A stretch of 60,473 bases of DNA, counting the filler. It is 7 parts of 7 records of this genome, joined end to end, with 100 filler letters (N's around TTAATTAATTAA, not from the genome) between each part and the next. Parts side by side here need not be neighbours in the genome. Positions count along the whole stretch, not along the records: positions 21,054 to 26,555 come from SRR31156797_23675; positions 26,656 to 32,796 come from SRR31156797_23691; 5 more parts are not named here. The stretch is one strand, 5' to 3'. Both the position numbers and the translations under genes were made by a program. Each line of letters starts with the position of its first letter. Position 1 is the first letter of the stretch. Positions 21,054 to 30,863 of the stretch are shown here, one piece after another. The notes under the pieces were generated by a model that saw nothing but the letters and a program-made list of their open reading frames with translations, was not told the DNA's origin and did not search any database.

Positions 21054-21562
21054 TCAACGAAATAATGCCGGCTATTTCTCTGGGTTTAGACCCTGCAACA
21101 GAAGATATAATGAAAATACCGCCAAGGGATCCCAATGATAATTTCCTGAAAAAGAGGAACATGTTCCTTGTTATTACCCTGGCATTTGTAATGGGAATAG
21201 CATCATTCCTTGTGTTCGCATGGAGTAACCCTGCAGAAAATACCATAATGGCAAGAACCCTTACATTTGCAACTGTGGTCAGCATGATACTGTTCATACC
21301 GCTTGCATTCCGCTCGCTTGAACGTTCAGTCATCAGTATAGGAGTTTTCAGTAACAAGCTAATGATAGCAGGAGTCACTGCAACATTCTTTGCTACCATG
21401 TCAGTGATGTACATTCCAAAGCTGAATGATGCTTTCGGGCTCCTGCCACTGTCACCGCAGGAATGGGTTATGCCAATAGCTGTTGCCTTTGCAACTTTTC
21501 TCTTTGCAGAAGTCCTGAAAATAACAACAAGAAACGTGAGGAGACCAGATGATAGCAAGTAG
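21054..21562 (+). CDS. Cation-transporting P-type ATPase, C-terminal fragment
   Basis: NEIMPAISLGLDP..DIMKIPPRDP, ARTLTF, RS...S, FSNK, Y.P.L...F...PL...EW. Confidence 0.85.
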
Positions 21563-22904
21563 CGGGAAAGAAAAGTACATACTCCTTGTCATGCTGACGG
21601 TGATAGCCATCCTTGCCATTGCCCTTAGTGAGCATCAGAAAGTGCAGGAAGTACAGGAAGAGATTACGGTTCCCGAGGAGATACTGGATTGCGATTATTG
21701 CACTTTCGACTACAGTAAACCATTTACAATGGCGTACACGTACCTGCAACCGGATGGCAACCGGATAGTTGAAGGCAAGCTGGACATATCAAATGCAGAA
21801 CATATCGATGTAGAACTCGAAGATGAACCTGAATGGGTACTTGCCGCACCTTCTGGCAACGGAAGTATCTGGGCCGTTGTGATGGAGGATGGAGCAGTAC
21901 AGGCTTTTGAGTTTTCTGAAGAGAGGATTGAAAATATAAATATCAGCCCTTCAAGAATACACACAGACAGTCCGCCGATACTTCTGATTAAGAATGAAGA
22001 AGCATTTATTCTTGCACCGGGCCTCAGGAATGAATCGCGACTCAGTCATCCGATAATACTGCAAAATTCCGGAAGGACTGTTTTTATTGAAAATACAGGC
22101 GACCTCGTATTCACGGTAAATGAAAAGGAATTTAAGCGCCTGAAAGTCAATGCCCTTCCCGATGCGCGCCTGTTGCTTGATGAACATGAAAGAATACTAT
22201 TACTCACCGGTCCCACTGAGGAATATGGACATGGCGTCCTGGGAGACAGCACAGAGGCTTCAGGAATTACGATTATTGACACTATAGGAGAGCCGGCCAT
22301 CAGTAAAGTGATCGAAATCCCAAAAAGTGATGTCATCGAAGGAATTGCGCCAATCTGGACTGACCTCAACGGAGACGGGGAAAGGGAAATCATAGTTACC
22401 CTGAGCAACTCAAAGGAAGGGTCAAGACTTGTTGTGTTCAATGAGGAAGGAAATATCGTTGCAGAAGGACCGACTGCCGGCACCGGATACAGATGGAGGC
22501 ATCAGATAGCTGTTGCACCTTTTGGGCCTGCGGGGGAGACCGAGATAATTGATGTGCTCACCCCTCACATCGGCGGAATTGTTGAGTTCTACCGATGGGA
22601 AGGTGACGGACTAAATGTCATCTCAAGTCTTTCAGGATACAGTTCACATCTGGCCGGATCAGGGAACCTTGACATGGCAATTGCAGGTAACTTTGATGGA
22701 GATGAGGAAATGGAATTGCTCGTACCTTTGCAGAACCACAGGGAACTGGCTGTTCTGGAACACACTGATGAAGATGTGAAGGTAGTAACAAGCCTGGAAC
22801 TTGCAGGTGACCTTAGCACCAACATAGCAGCCGTAAACTACGGGAATGACTGGCTTGCCATTGGAATCGGAACAGATCAAAATGTTCTTACTATATGGCA
22901 CTAA
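21549..22904 (+). CDS. Membrane-anchored extracellular protein with FG-GAP-like repeats
   Basis: N-terminal TM; DLNGDGEREII and GNFDGDEEMELL motifs; acidic composition. Confidence 0.7.
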   Translation: MIASSGKEKYILLVMLTVIAILAIALSEHQKVQEVQEEITVPEEILDCDYCTFDYSKPFTMAYTYLQPDGNRIVEGKLDISNAEHIDVELEDEPEWVLAAPSGNGSIWAVVMEDGAVQAFEFSEERIENINISPSRIHTDSPPILLIKNEEAFILAPGLRNESRLSHPIILQNSGRTVFIENTGDLVFTVNEKEFKRLKVNALPDARLLLDEHERILLLTGPTEEYGHGVLGDSTEASGITIIDTIGEPAISKVIEIPKSDVIEGIAPIWTDLNGDGEREIIVTLSNSKEGSRLVVFNEEGNIVAEGPTAGTGYRWRHQIAVAPFGPAGETEIIDVLTPHIGGIVEFYRWEGDGLNVISSLSGYSSHLAGSGNLDMAIAGNFDGDEEMELLVPLQNHRELAVLEHTDEDVKVVTSLELAGDLSTNIAAVNYGNDWLAIGIGTDQNVLTIWH

Positions 22905-23033
22905 AAAACCGAAATTAATATACCACGGATTATAAAGCCCCAATAATAATAGTTATGCTGATACACACATGACCCACACTGCAATTATAAACATATAAAT
23001 ATAATTAGCTGTATTTATCAATTGGTGATGATA

Positions 23034-23441
23034 ATGGCACTAGTCACATGGTCCGATAAATTCAGCATGAATATCAAAGAGATAGATGACCAGCACAAGG
23101 TCTTAGTTGGAATGATCAATGAGCTTCACGACGCAATGAAACAGGCAAAAGGCAAGGAAACTTCTATAGAAATAATCGACAAAATGGCAGAATACACAAA
23201 GTTTCACTTTTCCACTGAAGAGCAATACATGAAACGTTTCGCATACCCGGATTATGCGGCACACAAGCAACAGCATGAGAAATTTGTGGAACAGGTTGTC
23301 CAGTTCAGACAGGATTTTGACTCAGGAAAAGCAGGTCTTAGTTATGATGTTATGAACTTCCTCAAGGACTGGCTTGTCAAGCACATACAGGAATCAGACA
23401 AAAAATATGTAGAACTTTTCATTGAGAAAGGCGTGAATTAA
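23034..23441 (+). CDS. Bacteriohemerythrin
   Basis: W....S..I.EIDDQH, HFSTEE, HKQQH and WLVKHIQESD di-iron ligands; oligo-T tract downstream. Confidence 0.93.
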   Translation: MALVTWSDKFSMNIKEIDDQHKVLVGMINELHDAMKQAKGKETSIEIIDKMAEYTKFHFSTEEQYMKRFAYPDYAAHKQQHEKFVEQVVQFRQDFDSGKAGLSYDVMNFLKDWLVKHIQESDKKYVELFIEKGVN

Positions 23442-23513
23442 GCTTTTTTCATCTTCTTTTTTCTTTTGAGAATCCAAAACCTATTAATCATTTAGATAGT
23501 AATTATCCAGCAG

Positions 23514-23873
23514 ATGACTACACAGGAATCAGAGAGAAAGCAGGAACCATATATTCTTTCAGATGCTATAACCATTAAGGTGCATTCTGCAATGAAAGAG
23601 AATGTTGACCATCTGGTATCTCTTTTCAAGGTGCTTTCCGATCCCGTCAGGATACAGATACTTAAAGCCCTTCAGGTCAGTGAACTATGTGTCTGTGTGC
23701 TGGTAGAGATCACCGACTACAAGCATTCCGCACTTTCGTATCATCTGAAGCTTCTCAAAGATGCCGAGCTTATAGATTCCCGACGTGATAAGAACTTCCA
23801 GATATATTATCTCACAGAACCGGGGGGAAAGATGTTGAGGACGATCGAGTCCTCGTTCAAAAAAGAGAACTGA
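23514..23873 (+). CDS. ArsR/SmtB family transcriptional regulator
   Basis: FKVLSDPVRIQIL, ELCVC, SALSYHLKLLK. Confidence 0.9.
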   Translation: MTTQESERKQEPYILSDAITIKVHSAMKENVDHLVSLFKVLSDPVRIQILKALQVSELCVCVLVEITDYKHSALSYHLKLLKDAELIDSRRDKNFQIYYLTEPGGKMLRTIESSFKKEN

Positions 23874-23924
23874 TATTAATATCAGTATCAATGCATTATA
23901 ATTAGTACATCATATATTGATGCA

Positions 23925-24356
23925 TTATATCTTCTCTGTAGGAAGAGCAGTGTTGAGTTTAACATAATTGACACCTTTAAGCGCCATTGTCCTTTCTGCA
24001 ACTGCTTTTACCTCCTCACCCTCACCATCGAGGATAATGACCTCAAGACAGTTGTCATGGTCAAGATGGATGTGGACGGAAGACTTAATAATATGAGAGT
24101 AATCATGCTGTATTTCAGTAAGAGAGCTTGAGAGGCCGCGTTTGGTATGGTCATAGATCAACGTGATAGTGCCCACACGTCTGCCTTTTACATCACTCAT
24201 CCATTCATAGTGGGTAATATAGTTCCTGATGGAATCCCTTATACCCTCTGAACGGGAAGAATATCCACGCTGCTCGATGATCGAATCAAATTTAGTAAGA
24301 AGATTTTCGGGAAGTGATACCCCTATACGCATAAGTTCCTGTTCCATATGATTCAC
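23925..24356 (-). CDS. nikR: Nickel-responsive regulator NikR
   Basis: [34 protein letters not shown]. Start may be ATG 24347. Confidence 0.95.
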   Translation of the reverse strand: MNHMEQELMRIGVSLPENLLTKFDSIIEQRGYSSRSEGIRDSIRNYITHYEWMSDVKGRRVGTITLIYDHTKRGLSSSLTEIQHDYSHIIKSSVHIHLDHDNCLEVIILDGEGEEVKAVAERTMALKGVNYVKLNTALPTEKI

Positions 24357-24509
24357 CTGTGATGATTGATTCAGTATAATTTAGTGATAGAATAACATTT
24401 AGTATGCAACAATACTACATTAATGATACATAAATTAAGACATAAATAATTATAGAACATTCAGTATATAACACTACTAAACTATACAGTTAACAAAAGG
24501 AGAGCAAAT

Positions 24510-25223
24510 ATGAAAAAAGAGGAATTATATTCAGGAAAGGCAAAGACTATCTATAAGACAGATGACTCAACCAAACTTATCTCTGAGTTTAGGGACAGTC
24601 TCACAGCATTTGACGGTAAGAAGAAGAGTGAGGCAAAGAACAAGGGTTATTTCAACGCCCAGATATCAAAGAAGATATTTGAGATGCTTGAAGAACAGGG
24701 CATCCCCACACACTACATAGAGATGGTATCTGACACAGAGATGCTTGTGCAGGCTGTAGAGATCATACTCATTGAAGTAATCCCACGTAACATTGCAGCA
24801 GGTTCTATTACACGTAAGTACCCAATCGAGGAAGGTACCGTGTTCGAGAAACCTGTTATGGTTATGGACTTCAAGAGCGATGAATATGGTGACCCTATGA
24901 TGAACGAAGACATTGCTGTTGCCATGGGAATTGCCACATATGAAGAGATCGCGCAGATTCGTGAGATGGCACTTAAGGTCAACGAGATCCTTAAAAGTTA
25001 CCTTGAGGACAAGGGATTCCTTCTGCCAGACTTCAAGCTTGAGTTCGGCAGGGTCGATGGCAAAATAGTGGTCGCTGATGAAATCTCATGCGACACATGC
25101 AGATTCTGGGACAAGAGTACCGGCGCGTCCATGGACAAGGATATTTTCCGTTTTGACAAAGGTGACCTTTCAAAGACATATGAGGAAGTTGCAAAGCGTA
25201 TAGTTCCGGAAATATTCGAATAA
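24510..25223 (+). CDS. purC: SAICAR synthetase
   Basis: [50 protein letters not shown]. Confidence 0.97.
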   Translation: MKKEELYSGKAKTIYKTDDSTKLISEFRDSLTAFDGKKKSEAKNKGYFNAQISKKIFEMLEEQGIPTHYIEMVSDTEMLVQAVEIILIEVIPRNIAAGSITRKYPIEEGTVFEKPVMVMDFKSDEYGDPMMNEDIAVAMGIATYEEIAQIREMALKVNEILKSYLEDKGFLLPDFKLEFGRVDGKIVVADEISCDTCRFWDKSTGASMDKDIFRFDKGDLSKTYEEVAKRIVPEIFE

Positions 25224-25249
25224 GCTACACACTATCGTAATGAGGGGAA

Positions 25250-26555
25250 ATGATGGAAGATTACGATGTGATAGTTGTGGGTGCAGGTATAAGCGGGCTT
25301 TTATCCGCACTCACGCTTTCCAAACACGGGAATAAAGTACTGGTTCTTGAAAAGAACGAGATCGTTGGTGGCAACTGTAATAGCTATATGGTTGATGGTT
25401 TCCAGGTAGACACAGGTGCCCACGCGATCACGCACCTTGAAGTGGGTCCTCTAAGAAGGCTCATGGACAACTATTTTGATTACGTTCCGGTCTTTGAAGA
25501 TTACGGACACTATTTCATCAGGACAGAAAACCAATTTATGAAGGTTCCGTCCAACATCAAGGAATTCGTCACCTTCGATATCCTTCCCCGTAAGGACAGG
25601 ATGTTCATTACCCAGGCAATCACAAAGGCGATGACACTTTCAACATTCGGCACAGACCTTTCCAGTCAGTCCGTATACGAATTCATGTCTGGAAACCTTT
25701 CACAAGACACTTATGATTTTATGGATACGATCTGTTACTTCCTTTCAGGCAAGGACATGAAACAGACCTCAGCACAGAGGATCCTTGCAGGGAGTAGCTT
25801 TGTCCGTGACAGTGTCCCGGAAGAACAGCTTGAAACTATAATGAAGTCAAATGAGAAGATAGGCATTGAGCCAATAGCTGTTCCTAAATCCATATTACCG
25901 CCTAACCTTCATGCTTCACTGGAGACAAGACTCAGTAGGGTATCCAATCCATTCACATCTTTTGGAAGACTTGCAACCAACAAGGTCACCTACTCCCAGG
26001 GCTACCCGAGGAAGGGACTAAAATCAGTTCTCAATGCTGTCCTTTTTTCGCTCCCAAACACCGTTGAGATCAGAACAGGTTGTGAAGTGAAGAAGATACT
26101 TACCAGCAATGGTAAGGTTACTGGAGTTGAAGCTGATGAAGTGTATACCGCTGACAAGGTCATATTCACCGGATTTGTGACCGACCTTCCCTCCATGATA
26201 GAAAGTCTGCCGAACTCATACATTCAGGAGCTAAAAGGAGTAGTCCACACAAAGAGTCTGACCGTATGGACAGGACTTGACAGTATAATGGATGAATTCA
26301 ATTATATTGGTTCCGAGATATGGTTCAAGGACTCACCATATTGGGCCATGCCAATAAGCAACTATGATGCCTCGCTTGCACCTAAAGGAAAACAACTTGT
26401 TGGTTTTACGTTCATTATCGATGATGAGAAAAACATGAATAATCAGATCAAAAAAGCATATGAGACAATGTACAAGGCGGTCCCGGGAATAGAGGATCAC
26501 ATAGAGATGGCACACAACCAGATCACTGTTCCTGAAAAGGCAGCAGTGACCATCG
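25250..26555 (+). CDS. FAD-dependent oxidoreductase, phytoene-desaturase-like (3'-truncated)
   Basis: VVGAGISGL, LEK...VGG, DGFQVDTGAH, LAPKGKQL. Confidence 0.8.
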
Positions 26556-26655
26556 NNNNNNNNNNNNNNNNNNNNNNNNNNNNNNNNNNNNNNNNNNNNT
26601 TAATTAATTAANNNNNNNNNNNNNNNNNNNNNNNNNNNNNNNNNNNNNNNNNNNN
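26556..26655. other. Artificial contig linker
   Basis: N44-TTAATTAATTAA-N44. Confidence 0.99.
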
Positions 26656-29088
26656 CTAAATGACATTGTTAATAACTTAATTGAAGAATACTATGATTTA
26701 ATTAAAGAAGGGTATGAACTTCATGAACATATTTATTGGATTACTTTTAAGATCTTTGCACACAATAAAGTAGAATATTTAAATATTAAACATTTAGAAT
26801 TTATTGAGTTTATACTTGAAAGAAATGATAAAACACTTATATCTGCAGATTTAAAAAGTGAATTTCATGATAAAGTTTTTGAAACAAAGAATGTAGAATT
26901 TATTACTAGATATTTTGAATTATTATTCTCTTTCACTTATAAAGATGATGAGTTTACTTCATTAGTAGAGCTTTATTGGTTAGAAGAATTAACAAAAGAG
27001 ATAGCATCTATAATACCTGTTGAATATCAGCAATTAGTATTAAAAATAGTACTGGATAAAATCGAAAATATTATAAATATAAAGAAATTCAGTTTTGACT
27101 CATTTTTGATTCCTAGTATTGAACCAAGTACTCAAGAAAGATATAGTTCTTCAAAAGTTTCAAAAGTATTAATAGATTTTACTAGAGATTTACTTGAATC
27201 TATGGATGCTCAATTAATATCAATGAATATCAAAAAAATGTTGACTGAAGGATATGATATACATAAAAGACTTGCTATTCATATCATTAACTATAAATAT
27301 GAAGAATTAAAAAATATATTCTGGAGTATTGACTATAATCCTATTGATAACTCAGAATTGAATCATGAGTTATTTATGTTATTCAAAAATCATGTAAATG
27401 AATTTTCTATTAAGGAATCTGAACGAATCATTGAATGGAATGAAACACAAGATTTAGAATATTTGAAAAAATATGATAACTATAAGAACTTGATAAATAA
27501 AGATAAGCGAAAAATATTATATGCATTTAAAAATGCTCATGAAGATAATATATTGAAAAAAGATTTTGAAAAGTATAATAATGCATTAGATTTTGATGAA
27601 GAACATCCTGAATTTAATTCATATTTTAGTGGATTTACTGAAAGAGGCTCAAAAAGTCCTTATTCAATAGAAGAAATCTCGAATATGGAAATAAGTGAAT
27701 TAGTAAAAGAAATTAAATCATTTAAAGAAAAAGAAAGTATAAGTTTTAATAATCCTACAATAAGTGGGTTTGCATCAGAAATAAAATTAGATATAGAAGA
27801 AAACTATGTAAAATATATTGATAACTTAGATTTTCTGGTTAATATTCCATCAAATTATCATTATTATATTTTAAGTGGATTAAACTCAAAAATATATAGT
27901 TATACAAAAGAAGAATTAAATTTATATATTGAATACATAAAGAAAGTTATCTCATTAAAAGAGGTAGATAATAAGTACAATGAATTAGTAGCAGTATTTG
28001 AAAATTTTATAAGAAAAATATCTTCTACTGAAAAGGTTGTAAAACTAGATAAAGAACAAGTCAATGTAATAATTACTATATTTAAAGATTTGAGAAATAA
28101 AATTCAATACTATTCATCTGGTGATGAAAAAAGATCTGATATCTTGAATAGTAATGAAGGACAATTTTACACATCAATAATAGTATTTTCATTAAAAATT
28201 GCAAGAGATAAGTTAAATGATACAAGTGTAGCAATTTGGCATAACGAATTAGAGCAAATTGTATTAGAAGATTTAGAAACTAATAAGTCAATTCAACTTT
28301 TTGAAGTCATTGGTAGATATTTACCCAATATATATTATTTAGATAAAGAATGGATTGAAAATAAACTAGAGGATTTATTTATTAAGTCTAGTGATATCTA
28401 TAGATCTTCTCTATATAAAGGTTATCTATCTAACCCTACAGTATATTTAGATATATATACAGATATTAAAGATATTGGTGCATTTGAATTTATGTTAAAT
28501 ATGGATTTTGAAATAGATAACTTAAACAAAAAAGTTATTGAGCTTATTTGTATTGCATTTATTACTGATCATGATAATGATTTGATTTATGATATAGTTA
28601 AAGATGGTAAGACCGAACAAAAGAAGTTAATAATAGACTTTTTTAAGAGTAATAGAAATGAAAGTGTAGACATTGAAAAGCATTTAATCCCATTATGGAA
28701 AGAATTTTTAAATTCACTAGATAAAAAGGAAACTAATCTATATATAGGTCTATTCAGTTGGATGAATAAACTAAAAACTATTAATAATGATACTTATAAA
28801 TTAATACTAGAGACTATTGAAAGAATTGATAGTTTCCCTAAACAGTATACTTATGAAATAGCTAGAAAGATATTTGATTTTATTCCTGAAAATACTAAAG
28901 AAATAGCTATTATTCTTATTGAATTATTAAAGAAGTTTGATATTAGCTTTTATCAAACAGATAAATTGATAGAATCAATTGAAAAAATATATAAAGAAGG
29001 TTTAATAGAAGAGGGCAATGAGATATCAAATCTTATTGGTCAAAATGGAAACTATGCATTAAAAGAAGTATATATTAAATATAATTGA
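26656..29088 (+). CDS. Large helical protein, 5'-partial (at least 810 aa); possibly the C-terminal region of a defence protein
   Basis: The frame is open from the contig start at 26656, 150 codons upstream of the listed start. Motifs IPSIE, HPEFNSY..SPYSIEEI and GRYLPNIYYLDKEW recall long SIR2/NTPase-associated proteins (recollection only). Confidence 0.6.
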   Translation, partial: LNDIVNNLIEEYYDLIKEGYELHEHIYWITFKIFAHNKVEYLNIKHLEFIEFILERNDKTLISADLKSEFHDKVFETKNVEFITRYFELLFSFTYKDDEFTSLVELYWLEELTKEIASIIPVEYQQLVLKIVLDKIENIINIKKFSFDSFLIPSIEPSTQERYSSSKVSKVLIDFTRDLLESMDAQLISMNIKKMLTEGYDIHKRLAIHIINYKYEELKNIFWSIDYNPIDNSELNHELFMLFKNHVNEFSIKESERIIEWNETQDLEYLKKYDNYKNLINKDKRKILYAFKNAHEDNILKKDFEKYNNALDFDEEHPEFNSYFSGFTERGSKSPYSIEEISNMEISELVKEIKSFKEKESISFNNPTISGFASEIKLDIEENYVKYIDNLDFLVNIPSNYHYYILSGLNSKIYSYTKEELNLYIEYIKKVISLKEVDNKYNELVAVFENFIRKISSTEKVVKLDKEQVNVIITIFKDLRNKIQYYSSGDEKRSDILNSNEGQFYTSIIVFSLKIARDKLNDTSVAIWHNELEQIVLEDLETNKSIQLFEVIGRYLPNIYYLDKEWIENKLEDLFIKSSDIYRSSLYKGYLSNPTVYLDIYTDIKDIGAFEFMLNMDFEIDNLNKKVIELICIAFITDHDNDLIYDIVKDGKTEQKKLIIDFFKSNRNESVDIEKHLIPLWKEFLNSLDKKETNLYIGLFSWMNKLKTINNDTYKLILETIERIDSFPKQYTYEIARKIFDFIPENTKEIAIILIELLKKFDISFYQTDKLIESIEKIYKEGLIEEGNEISNLIGQNGNYALKEVYIKYN

Positions 29089-29124
29089 TAAAAATATAAT
29101 ATGGAGCCTTACGGCTTGTCCATA

Positions 29125-29400
29125 TTACTTACTAACCGCTTCTTTTAAAGCCTTACCTACTTTAAATTTAGCAACTGTAGTAGCTGCTACTTGAACAGTT
29201 TTGTCAGTACCAGGAACTTTTGCAGTTCTAGCAGCTCTAGCTGCAGTAGAAAATGTTCCAAATCCAATAAAACTAATTGAATCTTTTTTAACTAATGTTT
29301 CAGTAATTGTTTCAAGTGATGCATCAACTGCTGCTTTTGCATCTTTCTTAGATAACCCTGCTTTTTCTGCTACAGCATCAATAAATTCCGCTTTATTCAT
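29125..29400 (-). CDS. hup: DNA-binding protein HU
   Basis: MNKAEFIDAVAEKAGLSKKDA, FIGFGTF, RAARTAKVPGT, FKVGKALKEAV (Campylobacterota-type arm). Confidence 0.95.
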   Translation of the reverse strand: MNKAEFIDAVAEKAGLSKKDAKAAVDASLETITETLVKKDSISFIGFGTFSTAARAARTAKVPGTDKTVQVAATTVAKFKVGKALKEAVSK

Positions 29401-29450
29401 AATATCTTACCTTTTAAAAATTAATAACTTTTATTATATAAAAATTTTCT

Positions 29451-29903
29451 TTAGAAACCTAATGAATTTAACTCAAAAAGCTTGTTATCAATGGTATTTG
29501 CTAAATTTTCAATAGCATCTTTAATAGAATTAAACTCTAACATAGTATAAGCTATACCAAGAGGCTTATTGTTAATATTTACGTTAATATAATATACATT
29601 ATCCTTAATATTTACAAATATAGACTTCTTTTGATTAGTGTCTTTAGCATATCTTGATGCTGAGGTATCTGCATACTTACCATAGCTGCTTCTACCAGTT
29701 ACTAAAAGTTCATTTATTGCATGACCTAAAGTTCTAAGTTCTAATGGTGAAAGAGTAATTGATATTTTATCTTCAGAATTAAAACCTTTTACAACATTAA
29801 ACCATATAATACAACTGTAGTATACTTGATTGTTTCTACCTTCTATTTTTTCTAGTTTAGTTGTAAAAGATACAGAATGAGCTTTGTTACTAAAATTAAC
29901 CAT
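29451..29903 (-). CDS. Hypothetical protein; putative Whirly/PC4-like ssDNA-binding fold
   Basis: Two beta-sheet plus helix repeats ending in KISITLSPLELRTL and LGIAYTMLEFNSI; by-eye similarity to the Whirly domain. Confidence 0.5.
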   Translation of the reverse strand: MVNFSNKAHSVSFTTKLEKIEGRNNQVYYSCIIWFNVVKGFNSEDKISITLSPLELRTLGHAINELLVTGRSSYGKYADTSASRYAKDTNQKKSIFVNIKDNVYYINVNINNKPLGIAYTMLEFNSIKDAIENLANTIDNKLFELNSLGF

Positions 29904-29989
29904 TATCTTCTTCTAAACAACATTGAGATAATTCTAATTAAAAACATAAATCTTCCAAACCCAAATAAATAAAGCATTGCTCTTAACAT
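29903..29989 (-). CDS. 28-aa hydrophobic, cationic peptide (absent from the ORF track)
   Basis: MLRAMLYLFGFGRFMFLIRIISMLFRRR; AAGGA RBS just upstream; its stop overlaps the next ATG (TAATG). Confidence 0.65.
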   Translation of the reverse strand: MLRAMLYLFGFGRFMFLIRIISMLFRRR

Positions 29990-30004
29990 AATGAATCCTT
30001 TTTA

Positions 30005-30811
30005 TTAAAAATCTTTAAAACTATATTTGTGAATTTTATTTGCATATTTTAAAAATTCATTCCACTCATTTTTAAAACCATCTTTAGGACTAACAAAGAA
30101 GCCTTTAAACACTTCAAAACCTTCTTTAACTACTTTGTCTACCTTTTTATCTTTTCTACCCTCAAAATCAACTATAGCAGGTTTATACCATAAGATATTT
30201 GGAACTTGTTCTCTTAAGTGTTCTTGAATACCTGTTTTCTCAGTAGTATGAAAATATATAGTAGGTTTTATCTTTTGTACTTTCTTTGTTGTATAAGAAC
30301 TGTTGAACTTTTCTAAGTTCTCTATAACAAAGTTAAATAGATCAGACCTAGCTTTAATTTCATTCTCTGTTTTTTCTGTAACTTCACTAATAAAGCTCTC
30401 TGAATAATTACCCTCTTCTAATAATTGAGTAACAGTTAACCTTTTTTCGTTTATCCATACAGGAAAAGAACTACTAACTCTTTTATGGACATTCTCTTTT
30501 GAACTAATGTAGACATATTTCTCTTTAGTAGTTAACTTGTAATCAATGCATGGATAATCTTCATTAATAAGCTTCATGATGTCAAAAAGAGGTTTAGCAA
30601 TTTTTTTAGCTCTCTTTTCATTTAATATGATTGCACTATTTTTGATATAAAGAAGTTCTTTGTATGTATCATCACCAATTAAATAGATATCTGCATTTAT
30701 CCATCTAAGAAAAGAAACATCATCTGCTGACTCTAAGATTTTAAGTGTCATTTCTTTTAAATCATCAGTTTGCTTTTTTACTTCTTTATACCCTATTCTT
30801 TCATTAGACAT
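30005..30811 (-). CDS. Hypothetical 268-aa protein; putative remote Tus (Ter-binding) homologue
   Basis: AAGGA RBS and consensus promoter; segment order and two prolines align by eye with E. coli Tus (see findings). Confidence 0.45.
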   Translation of the reverse strand: [268 protein letters not shown]

Positions 30812-30834
30812 TTTATATCCTTTTGATAATATAC

Positions 30835-30863
30835 ATTATAACAATTTAACAATATTGTGTCAA
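30835..30863 (-). promoter_or_regulatory. Perfect-consensus sigma-70 promoter with extended -10
   Basis: Minus strand reads TTGACA-caatattgttaaattgt (17 nt)-TATAAT, with TGn before the -10, 23 bp upstream of ATG 30811. Confidence 0.88.

Noticed and set aside
24357-24509. NikR operator in the nikR-purC intergenic region
   Set aside because: Only a short TAGTAT-N6-ATACTA palindrome; the spacing does not fit the GTATGA-N16-TCATAC type and the region is AT-rich.
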